DNA of 64,000 nt from Bacteroidota bacterium. Lineage in GTDB: Bacteria; Bacteroidota; Bacteroidia; Bacteroidales; GCA-2748055. This document shows, in pieces, positions 46,330 to 53,732 of the stretch. Both the position numbers and the translations under genes were made by a program. The first letter of the stretch is position 1. Each line of letters begins with the position of its first letter. The stretch is from the NCBI GenBank assembly GCA_039714915.1, contig JBDLIM010000007.1, positions 13,437-77,436 on the forward strand, read 5' to 3'. The notes beneath the pieces were generated by a model. That model was not told where the DNA came from, searched no databases, and worked only from the letters and a program-made list of their open reading frames with translations.

Positions 46330-46904
46330 AATCGATAGCTGAGTGTGGCCATGGCCCCTCCTTTCAAGGGGACAATTCCAAAACCCAGAGAGCTGTAGGA
46401 ATTGTTTACCATATTTCTGGCGGTTTTAGCCCTGGAGTGTGCATAGGAAGTCATGGCTACTATACTTGCTGAACCGAAGATGGCACTGGCGATGGTTAAT
46501 GGAACTGTTGAACCCCAATCCTGGGAAAAACTATAGATCGCCAGCGAAGTGGGCACAAGCGATAATGCATAGAGGGTCCATCCCAGTTTTGCCCTGGGGT
46601 GGGAGATCTCCTTTAGAATTTCTACGGACCGGCCTCCGGCATAAATAAGGGGTGGGGCTGCAAGTATCATGACCGCCGCAGGTATTCCTACGTATGCTGC
46701 ATTCCATTCATTTACCAGTGAAGCCACAAACATGAGCGCCAGAGCCGATGGAGCTGTAACATATCCGGTAGTAACTGCTTCATCGGCCCACCCGGTGGAA
46801 AGGGTCATCTGGGGAACCGAGTCCGGCTTCGTCAGAACCTGCGCGTTCAGGATAACGCAGCTTACAAGCGTGCTGAGTATAATAACAAATGCTCTTGTCC
46901 TCAT
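46326..46904 (-). CDS. Hypothetical membrane protein
   Basis: 192 aa with a signal-like N-terminus, several hydrophobic segments, and an ending of TLSYRF. I recognise no family. Confidence 0.45.
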   Translation of the reverse strand: MRTRAFVIILSTLVSCVILNAQVLTKPDSVPQMTLSTGWADEAVTTGYVTAPSALALMFVASLVNEWNAAYVGIPAAVMILAAPPLIYAGGRSVEILKEISHPRAKLGWTLYALSLVPTSLAIYSFSQDWGSTVPLTIASAIFGSASIVAMTSYAHSRAKTARNMVNNSYSSLGFGIVPLKGGAMATLSYRF

Positions 46905-46969
46905 TTAGCTCAGTAATTTTCTTCAAGTTACTTATTTTATTCATGATTTAGGATCGCTACCTTTAACTC

Positions 46970-47371
46970 ATGCGCGAATGCCTGAAGAAGGAGCTAAACT
47001 ACCGGACCAGCAGATCCTCCGGTCCGGGTGGTCAACACGTGAATAAGACAGAGTCACGTGTGGAATTGCTGTGGCACCTTCAAAAATCTGAATGTTTAGA
47101 TGAAGCGCAAAAAAACCTGGTATATAAGCGCCTGCATTCAAGAATCTCCGATGAGGGTTGGCTGATACTGGGATGTGAAAAACACCGGTCACAACATCAG
47201 AACAGGGAGGAAGTCACAGAACGTTTTATTAGTCTGTTGCTGGCCAGCCTGGTTCCGCTCAAAAAGCGAAAAGCCACTACCCCCACCCGCACGAGCATTG
47301 AAAAAAGGATCAGCAATAAAAAGATCAGGGGGGAAGTGAAGCGTTCCCGGAGGAAGCCGCCGGAGGATTAA
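46970..47371 (+). CDS. arfB: Alternative ribosome-rescue factor ArfB (peptidyl-tRNA hydrolase, class I RF domain)
   Basis: 133 aa with the GGQ motif in RSSGPGGQHVNKTESRVEL and a basic C-terminal tail (KKIRGEVKRSRRKP). Confidence 0.85.
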   Translation: MRECLKKELNYRTSRSSGPGGQHVNKTESRVELLWHLQKSECLDEAQKNLVYKRLHSRISDEGWLILGCEKHRSQHQNREEVTERFISLLLASLVPLKKRKATTPTRTSIEKRISNKKIRGEVKRSRRKPPED

Positions 47372-47382
47372 ATATACAACTA

Positions 47383-47407
47383 AGGGGTAAGCTGATCGCT
47401 TACCCCT
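47383..47407. terminator. Hairpin between convergent arfB and the oxidase operon (possible bidirectional terminator)
   Basis: AGGGGTAAGC-tgatc-GCTTACCCCT forms a perfect 10-bp stem with a 5-nt loop. There is no clear U-tract on either side. Confidence 0.45.
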
Positions 47408-47431
47408 CTGAAGTGTAAATGGAAATATTGC

Positions 47432-49057
47432 TTATGAAGCAGGAACAAGGTCCTTGTTCTTGTTCTTTACAGGCTTGAAGATCCCGATGACACCTTCCAG
47501 ACCCACAGTCATTACTATGTTAATGAAAAAGGCCAGGAATGCGATAAGTAATAAGGCTCCACAGATCAAAGCCAGTATCATATAGAGGTCATACTCCCCG
47601 TTAAAATAAAGTGTTCTCCGGAGCATGCCTTTTAATCCGGCCATGCCCATAAAGGCTCCCATTCCAATGCCCCCTATCAGGTGACACCAGAAGTGCAGAT
47701 TGGCCAGTTTCTGGCTGTAGAGTTTTGCACCGTTGGTGAGTAAGGGTAACAATATGTAAATGGCCGCGTATAGGGTCATGGTGAGTCCCACCAGGATAGC
47801 CACATGCACATGGGGTCCCACTATCCACTGAGTGTTATGCAGAATGCGGTTCAGACCCACATCTGCCTGCATAATTCCGGCGGGTACAGCCAGGGCAAAT
47901 CCCAGGAGTCCTCCCAGCAGAAACTTCAGTTCGTTGGTCATTTTTAAAGGTCTGGCAGCCCAGAGAGTAGCCAGGGTAATAAAGAAAGCCAGGCCCTGGG
48001 TAATTAATTCAAATGCCGTAACCATTTCACCGGACAGGACTTTCAGGAATCCGGGTTGAGCCTGGTCAGAAAGAAGGTGATGCGACCATACTGTCCATGA
48101 TACGATGAGCTCAACCAGAAGGGCTGCACGGGCAATGTTTTGCATAAAGAGTTTCTTCCCGGTGATCATGGTGGCCAGCAGGTACCAGGTTCCGGCCACA
48201 AAAATAAGGACCAGACCATCAGCAATCAGATCAAGGCCCCACCAGAACCAGTTCTTATAAAGCAGGGCATCCACAGCTGTTTCCTTCAGATCATATCCGA
48301 GGATGGCTGCTACCATGTAGACAAGGATGAGCACACCCGTAAACAGGATGATTCCTGCATTCAGCGCCATATCAACTGTACCCCTGGCAATTGCTGCAAC
48401 AGGAAGGGATACCAGGTGTTCTTTGCGCTTATTTTTCTTTTTAAAGAGATTGCCGAAGCCTGCTGTCCCCAGGGCCGATCCCAGCAATTTGCCGGCAGGT
48501 TGTTTCTCCCACCCCTCTGGTGTATAGGAAATGGTCTTAAATATGTTAATAATAAAGAAAACCGAACCCAGCATGACAAGGGCAATTCCAAGTATGAAGA
48601 TGGCTCCTCCTACCGGATTGAATTGAGAGAAATCAGCCGGTAAGGGCCAGTAGAGCGTATAAAGTGGTGCATAGTGAGAAATAAATCCGGCCAGCCAGAA
48701 AATTAAGGTTCCGGCTGCGATCAGGATGAAGTTCCAGTGAGCCAGCTTCATGCTGTAGAGAGGTTTCTTCATAAGGAATGGGACCAGGAAGAGGAATGCT
48801 CCACAGACTATGGAGTAAGTCGAGCCAAAGATCCCCACCAGGGGGTGAGCTGTAAGTATGGCAAAGTACTGGACATCGGAGACCATGTCGATTTGCTCCA
48901 CTTGAATGACTCTCATAATCATTCCTTCCACCAGGACAAAGAGATAGAAGACCAGTCCGACGACTACAAAACGCAGGGTAAGTTTTTGCATGGCGGTGAG
49001 GGTTTCGGATTTGAATAATCCCTGTTCGCCTTTCATAAGGGTATTAATAAATGACAT
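47432..49057 (-). CDS. Heme-copper oxidoreductase superfamily subunit I, atypical active site (NO-reductase-like)
   Basis: 541 aa with about 12 TM helices. The conserved HCO histidines are H71 (LTAHPLVGIFG), H326/H327 (WSHHLL) and H416/H418 (LHNTQWIVGPHVHV). The helix-VI motif reads WFWWGLDLIADG, so Asp276 occupies the position of the metal-ligand His and Asp280 that of the cross-linked Tyr. Confidence 0.85.
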   Translation of the reverse strand: MSFINTLMKGEQGLFKSETLTAMQKLTLRFVVVGLVFYLFVLVEGMIMRVIQVEQIDMVSDVQYFAILTAHPLVGIFGSTYSIVCGAFLFLVPFLMKKPLYSMKLAHWNFILIAAGTLIFWLAGFISHYAPLYTLYWPLPADFSQFNPVGGAIFILGIALVMLGSVFFIINIFKTISYTPEGWEKQPAGKLLGSALGTAGFGNLFKKKNKRKEHLVSLPVAAIARGTVDMALNAGIILFTGVLILVYMVAAILGYDLKETAVDALLYKNWFWWGLDLIADGLVLIFVAGTWYLLATMITGKKLFMQNIARAALLVELIVSWTVWSHHLLSDQAQPGFLKVLSGEMVTAFELITQGLAFFITLATLWAARPLKMTNELKFLLGGLLGFALAVPAGIMQADVGLNRILHNTQWIVGPHVHVAILVGLTMTLYAAIYILLPLLTNGAKLYSQKLANLHFWCHLIGGIGMGAFMGMAGLKGMLRRTLYFNGEYDLYMILALICGALLLIAFLAFFINIVMTVGLEGVIGIFKPVKNKNKDLVPAS

Positions 49058-49084
49058 AATGAAGTTTTTTAGGTTAATATGGGA

Positions 49085-49648
49085 TTACTCAGAGATGCTG
49101 CCTTCGGGAACAACTTCCACGGCATTTTCTATGACCATGGCTACCCCCTTTGGACCTGAGTACTCGGTCGACCGAATGGTATAGACACCAGGTTTCAGAA
49201 ATTTCCAGATGATATCGTTCCGGTGACCCGGTACCACCTGCATCTGAAATAACATGGAGTTATCCTGTCTGAACAGTCCAAACCCATAGGTGAGGTCCAG
49301 AGAAGTGACATCGAATTCCACAATTTCACCGACCTCCACAATCATTTTCTCATCTGGAAGCAGGAATTCATGATTGGCCACATCGATGGCAAAACTCCTG
49401 TCGGGAGTGATCTCGTGACGTTTGAGATCCATTTCCGACCAGGGAATGGTATTATAGGTTATGATGTGCAGGGAAACTCCCAGCACGGTCAGGAATCCGA
49501 CAAAAGTGTAAAATAATGCCGGTTTCACTGTGCTTTTTCCTGGCTTGGTTATACGTAATGCGAACCATGCCATTACCAGTATAATAACCAAACTATAACA
49601 GGTATAAGCAATTGTTTGTCCTTTCAGGACGAGGGCTGAATCAACCAT
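49085..49648 (-). CDS. Oxidase subunit II-like cupredoxin protein lacking CuA ligands
   Basis: 187 aa with two N-terminal TM helices and a ~110-aa beta domain. The positions corresponding to the CuA His and the CxExCxxxH motif read DLTYGFG and RSTEYSGPKGVAM, with no Cys or His. There is no heme c motif. Confidence 0.6.
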   Translation of the reverse strand: MVDSALVLKGQTIAYTCYSLVIILVMAWFALRITKPGKSTVKPALFYTFVGFLTVLGVSLHIITYNTIPWSEMDLKRHEITPDRSFAIDVANHEFLLPDEKMIVEVGEIVEFDVTSLDLTYGFGLFRQDNSMLFQMQVVPGHRNDIIWKFLKPGVYTIRSTEYSGPKGVAMVIENAVEVVPEGSISE

Positions 49649-49718
49649 ACGACTTCCGTTTTTTAGCTTAGTTTAACATAAAATGCTACCCAATTATAGC
49701 ATATAAATATAAAAAAAA

Positions 49719-50129
49719 TCAATGTTTCATATCAGGATTTTTCATTTGAGCCAATGTAGTGTTTTTGAGCACATTAAGTAAGATTTCCCGGGTCTTGGCC
49801 CAGGGCTTATGCATGACACAGGAATGGTTAAACGGACATTGTTCTAGTCCCATTATGCAGGTTCCCAGTACATCCAGCCCTTCCACAGAGTCTATTATAT
49901 CAGCCAGGGTGATTAGGTCGGTCGACTTCTGCAATACAAATCCGCCATTTCGACCCTGTACACTGTCAATGAAACCGCTTTTTGACAGGCTTGTGAGCAA
50001 TTGTCGGAGGTAGGGCCAGGGAATTTTCAGGATCTCATTGAGCTGTTTGGCAGAGTATTTCTCACCTTTATGATCAGCCAGAAAGCTGAGGGTCATTAAG
50101 GCATATGAGGTTGTTTTGCTAAAATTCAT
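49719..50129 (-). CDS. Rrf2-family transcriptional regulator with three-Cys Fe-S ligand motif (NsrR/IscR-like)
   Basis: It has an N-terminal wHTH (MNFSKTTSYALMTLSFLADHKGEKYSAKQLNEILKIPWPYLRQLL) and the Cys cluster GTCIMGLEQCPFNHSCVMH (C-x6-C-x5-C). The start is placed at ATG 50129; the ORF-track start at 50147 is a TTG. Confidence 0.85.
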   Translation of the reverse strand: MNFSKTTSYALMTLSFLADHKGEKYSAKQLNEILKIPWPYLRQLLTSLSKSGFIDSVQGRNGGFVLQKSTDLITLADIIDSVEGLDVLGTCIMGLEQCPFNHSCVMHKPWAKTREILLNVLKNTTLAQMKNPDMKH

Positions 50130-50217
50130 ACCTGCGGGAGTGCACAATCAGATGGTGCCGATTAAATGCGATTCGAATATAGCAATTACTACGGTTATGA
50201 CGAAGTTATTACATGAT

Positions 50218-50225
50218 TATCTTTG
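50218..50225 (+). promoter_or_regulatory. Candidate -7 promoter element TATCTTTG upstream of the GT2 gene
   Basis: It matches TAnnTTTG and lies 20 nt upstream of the ATG at 50245. Confidence 0.35.
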
Positions 50226-50244
50226 TCAACAAATATCCTGATAT

Positions 50245-51258
50245 ATGTCAGTCTCTTTTCCTAAGGTCTCTGTTATTCTTCCATTCTATAATTCAGAAAG
50301 TACACTGAACAGGGCCGTTCAAAGCATATATGAACAAGAGTTCGAGGATTTTGAATGCATCATGGTTGACAACAATTCAACAGATAAAAGTGCAGAACTG
50401 GCTGAAGGCTGGACCAGGAAGGATAAGCGATTTCGCCTGCTCAAGGAAGCGCGGCAGGGAGTAATGTTTGCTTCCAACAGGGGTGCTGAGCTGAGTCATG
50501 GCGAATACCTGGCCAGGATGGATTCGGATGACCTGGCTTATCCCTGCCGCCTGCGTTTGCAGGTGGCGTTCCTGGACAAAAATCCGGAATACGGAGCAGT
50601 TGCAGGAAAGGTTAGGCATGTAGGAGAACCTGGCAGGACAGAAGGATTCAGACGCTTTGTGGAATGGAGTAATTCTCTTGTATCTTTTGAAGAAATAAAT
50701 TACCGCCGTTTTATTGAAGCACCTTTGGTAAATCCAAGTGCCATGTGGAGAAGAGATACCATGGCTCGCCATGGCATGTACCTCAGCGGGGATTTTCCTG
50801 AGGATTATGAAATGTGGCTGAGGTGGCTGGATGAGGGGGTGAAAATTGCTAAAGTGCCCGAGGTAATTCTGGACTGGCATGATTCAGACCTGCGCCTGAC
50901 CCGTACGGATCCCATCTATAGTGAAGGAGCCTTCTATGAGATCAAGAGCAAATACCTGGCTAAATGGTTGAGCCGGCACAATCCTTTTCACCCCAATGTG
51001 GCCATATGGGGTGCCAGCAGGATCTCCAGGCGTAGGGCCAGGATCCTGGAACAGCATGGAATCAGAATCAGCACCTACATTGATACCAAGAGCAGTCGCC
51101 AGATTAAAAAGGAGGTAGTTTATTATCAGGACCTTCCCCGGGCAGGAGAACACTTTGTCCTGAGCTACATCCGGCAGATGAACAATCGGGAAAAGATACA
51201 GGATTTCCTTGAGAAGCGGGGGTATCGCGAAGGAGAAAGCTACCTGCTGGTTTCCTGA
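50245..51258 (+). CDS. Glycosyltransferase family 2
   Basis: 337 aa with a GT-A N-terminus (VSVILPFYNSESTLNRAVQSIYEQEFEDFECIMVDNNSTD) and a DxD-like motif (RMDSDDLA). Confidence 0.85.
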   Translation: MSVSFPKVSVILPFYNSESTLNRAVQSIYEQEFEDFECIMVDNNSTDKSAELAEGWTRKDKRFRLLKEARQGVMFASNRGAELSHGEYLARMDSDDLAYPCRLRLQVAFLDKNPEYGAVAGKVRHVGEPGRTEGFRRFVEWSNSLVSFEEINYRRFIEAPLVNPSAMWRRDTMARHGMYLSGDFPEDYEMWLRWLDEGVKIAKVPEVILDWHDSDLRLTRTDPIYSEGAFYEIKSKYLAKWLSRHNPFHPNVAIWGASRISRRRARILEQHGIRISTYIDTKSSRQIKKEVVYYQDLPRAGEHFVLSYIRQMNNREKIQDFLEKRGYREGESYLLVS

Positions 51259-51331
51259 TGCTACAGTGGATCGGGATTTAATTTGTAATTTGGCATTTAG
51301 ATTTAATTACAAGCTCATAAAAAATTCACCT

Positions 51332-52258
51332 ATGCAACGTAGATCTTTTCTTAAAAGCAGTGCCGTGGCATCTGCAGCTCTTGTTTCGGGAGGAATGGCA
51401 CATGCCTCAGCTGCCACAGCGCTGAAAGCTTCACAAACCAGTCCCCAATTTAACTTAAAATATGCCCCGCATTTTGGAATGTTTAAGCATTCGGCCGGAG
51501 AGGACCTGCTTGATCAGCTTCAGTTTATGGCCGATGCCGGGTTTACGGCCATGGAAGACAATGGGATGAAGGGTCGTGATATATCCATGCAGGAAAAGAT
51601 TGCCGGCAAAATGGCCAAGCTGGGAATGGAGATGGGTGTATTTGTAGCCCATTCCATATACTGGAAAGAACCTAATTTAACCAGTGGCAATCCCGAGAAA
51701 CTGGATGAATTTTTAAAAGAGATTAAAGAATCGGTGGAAGTGGCAAAGAGGGTCAATGCTAAATGGATGACTGTGGTTCCCGGTCATGTGGATTTGCGTA
51801 AGGATATGGGATATCAGACCCGGAATGTAGTTGAAGCGCTCAGGCGGGCCAGCGACATCCTGGAACCCCATGGACTGACCATGGTACTGGAGCCCCTGAA
51901 TTTCAGGGATCATCCAGGTTTGTTCCTGAATAAGATCCCGCAGGGCTATCAGATCTGCCAGGCAGTGGCCAGCCCTGCTTGTAAAATTCTGGACGACCTT
52001 TATCACCAGCAAATTCATGAAGGGAACCTGATCCCTAATATGGATCTGGCCTGGGAAGAGATTGCTTACTTCCAGGTGGGAGATAATCCCGGAAGAAAAG
52101 AGCCCACCACCGGGGAGATCAATTACCTGAATGTATTTAAACACATACATGAAAAAGGATTTACAGGCATTGTGGGCATGGAACACGGGAATTCAATCCC
52201 CGGTAAAGAAGGGGAAGAAGCCCTTATCAAGGCCTATGCCAGTGTGGACAACTTCTAA
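51332..52258 (+). CDS. Tat-exported xylose-isomerase-like TIM-barrel protein (hydroxypyruvate isomerase / sugar phosphate isomerase-epimerase family)
   Basis: It has a twin-arginine signal (MQRRSFLKSSAVASAALVSGGMAHA) and a TIM-barrel family pattern (FNLKYAPHFGMF...AGFTAMEDN...VLEPLN...GIVGMEHG). The start is placed at the ATG carrying the Tat signal; the ORF track extends to 51209. Confidence 0.8.
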   Translation: MQRRSFLKSSAVASAALVSGGMAHASAATALKASQTSPQFNLKYAPHFGMFKHSAGEDLLDQLQFMADAGFTAMEDNGMKGRDISMQEKIAGKMAKLGMEMGVFVAHSIYWKEPNLTSGNPEKLDEFLKEIKESVEVAKRVNAKWMTVVPGHVDLRKDMGYQTRNVVEALRRASDILEPHGLTMVLEPLNFRDHPGLFLNKIPQGYQICQAVASPACKILDDLYHQQIHEGNLIPNMDLAWEEIAYFQVGDNPGRKEPTTGEINYLNVFKHIHEKGFTGIVGMEHGNSIPGKEGEEALIKAYASVDNF

Positions 52259-52275
52259 GAGGCGATATTACACAG

Positions 52276-52314
52276 AAAAACCGGGTGCTGCGTTGTGCAG
52301 TTACCCGGTTTTTT
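52276..52314. terminator. Bidirectional rho-independent terminator between the convergent TIM-barrel and Gfo/Idh/MocA genes
   Basis: AAAAACCGGGT-gCTGCgttgtGCAGtt-ACCCGGTTTTT forms an 11-bp outer stem plus a 4-bp inner stem. It has an A-tract 5' and a T-tract 3'. Confidence 0.7.
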
Positions 52315-52335
52315 ATACTATGAATTGCGAAATGG

Positions 52336-53685
52336 CTATTTAGGGGCTGACCCTGCAATGGGGATAACTTTTTCCATATCCACCTTTCCCATTTTCAATT
52401 CGCCTTCAGGTCCCAGTTTCCAACTGGCGCCCATCATCTCCTCCCAGCTAACTTTCTTTCCGGTATAAGCGGCCTCTCTTCCCATAATTGCAGTGAGCAC
52501 TGATTTTGCCGTTTCCTCTGCTTCCACAATCTGGTTCCCTGTACGGATGGCCGCAACCAGGTCTATGTGTTCCTGGACATAGGGATTGATTTCCAGGGGT
52601 TTGCCTTCTGCATCCACAGGAGAAGCATACTCATACAGTAGATTGTCTTCCGAATCCCAGATATGTTGATTCTGGTCCCCGGCAATCATATACCCTTTTG
52701 TACCCCTGATGTGCTCACTTACGCTGTTGGCACAATCGTTAATCTGGCGGCACATGCTGCCCATATGCACTTTCTTATCATATACAAAATCCACACTGAA
52801 ATTGTCATAGCAATCCCCGGTAGGCCTTCTGAGTCTTGAGCCCATACCCACAGCTTCAACAGGTACACCACCCACAAACCAGTTGCTTACATCAATGTTA
52901 TGCACATGTTGTTCCACAATATGGTCCCCTGAGAGCCATGTCCAGTTCACCCAGTCGCGCAGCATATGCTCCATTTCTGTCCAGCCGGCCATCAGGTCCT
53001 TGTGCCAGAGCTTGGACATATTCCAGTACACATTGGTGGCAACTATATCCCCAATCATACCTGCATCTACACGGGCCTTTAAATTCTGATAGGACCACTG
53101 GTGGCGCCTCTGGGTGCCCGTAACCACACATAGTCCGGCAGCTTCAGCCTGCTTGGAGGCAGCCATAACTGCACGTGCTCCCACCGGGTCAACAGCCACA
53201 GGTTTCTCCATAAATACATGCTTGCGGGCTTCCACACAGGCCTGAAAATGCTCTGGGCGGAAATAAGGCGGAGTGGCAAGGATCACAATATCCACATCAG
53301 ATTCAATCACCCGTTTATAGGCATCAAAACCGATGGAACACCTGGAATCCTCCAGGGTCACATTTTTCTCATCTTTCAGTTTCTGACGAAAACCGTCCAT
53401 CCTGTCCTGAAACATATCAGCAGCAGCAACAACACTCAGGCCGGATCCGGCATCCAGGAAGTTAATGGCAGCACCAGTGCCTCTTCCCCCGCAACCAATA
53501 ACACCTGCTTTAAGAGCCTGTCCTTCCGGAGCAGTGGACAGGAATGAAGGTTCTACCACATCAGCAGCGGATTCCCCGGGTGTACATGATTTGATTAACT
53601 GGCTTGCACCAATCGCGCCGATTGCACCTATGGCAGCAGTGTTCTCTAAAAATCTGCGCCGACTTGTTTTGTTTGATGGTTTCAT
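52336..53685 (-). CDS. Tat-exported Gfo/Idh/MocA-family NAD(P)-dependent oxidoreductase
   Basis: It has a twin-arginine signal (MKPSNKTSRRRFLENTAAIGAIGAIGA), a Rossmann motif (AGVIGCGGRGTGAA) and a Gfo/Idh/MocA core (HVFMEKP). The start is placed at the first ATG; the ORF-track start at 53724 is a TTG. Confidence 0.85.
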   Translation of the reverse strand: MKPSNKTSRRRFLENTAAIGAIGAIGASQLIKSCTPGESAADVVEPSFLSTAPEGQALKAGVIGCGGRGTGAAINFLDAGSGLSVVAAADMFQDRMDGFRQKLKDEKNVTLEDSRCSIGFDAYKRVIESDVDIVILATPPYFRPEHFQACVEARKHVFMEKPVAVDPVGARAVMAASKQAEAAGLCVVTGTQRRHQWSYQNLKARVDAGMIGDIVATNVYWNMSKLWHKDLMAGWTEMEHMLRDWVNWTWLSGDHIVEQHVHNIDVSNWFVGGVPVEAVGMGSRLRRPTGDCYDNFSVDFVYDKKVHMGSMCRQINDCANSVSEHIRGTKGYMIAGDQNQHIWDSEDNLLYEYASPVDAEGKPLEINPYVQEHIDLVAAIRTGNQIVEAEETAKSVLTAIMGREAAYTGKKVSWEEMMGASWKLGPEGELKMGKVDMEKVIPIAGSAPK

Positions 53686-53732
53686 ATTTGATAGTCTTTT
53701 ATAAAGTAAAGTTTGCTTAAGCAAGTTATGGT

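Noticed and set aside
47432-49648. Annotating the oxidase pair as an ordinary ba3/caa3-type cytochrome c oxidase.
   Set aside because: The helix-VI His and Tyr positions are both Asp, and subunit II has no CuA ligands. A standard O2-reducing cytochrome c oxidase assignment is not supported by the sequence.
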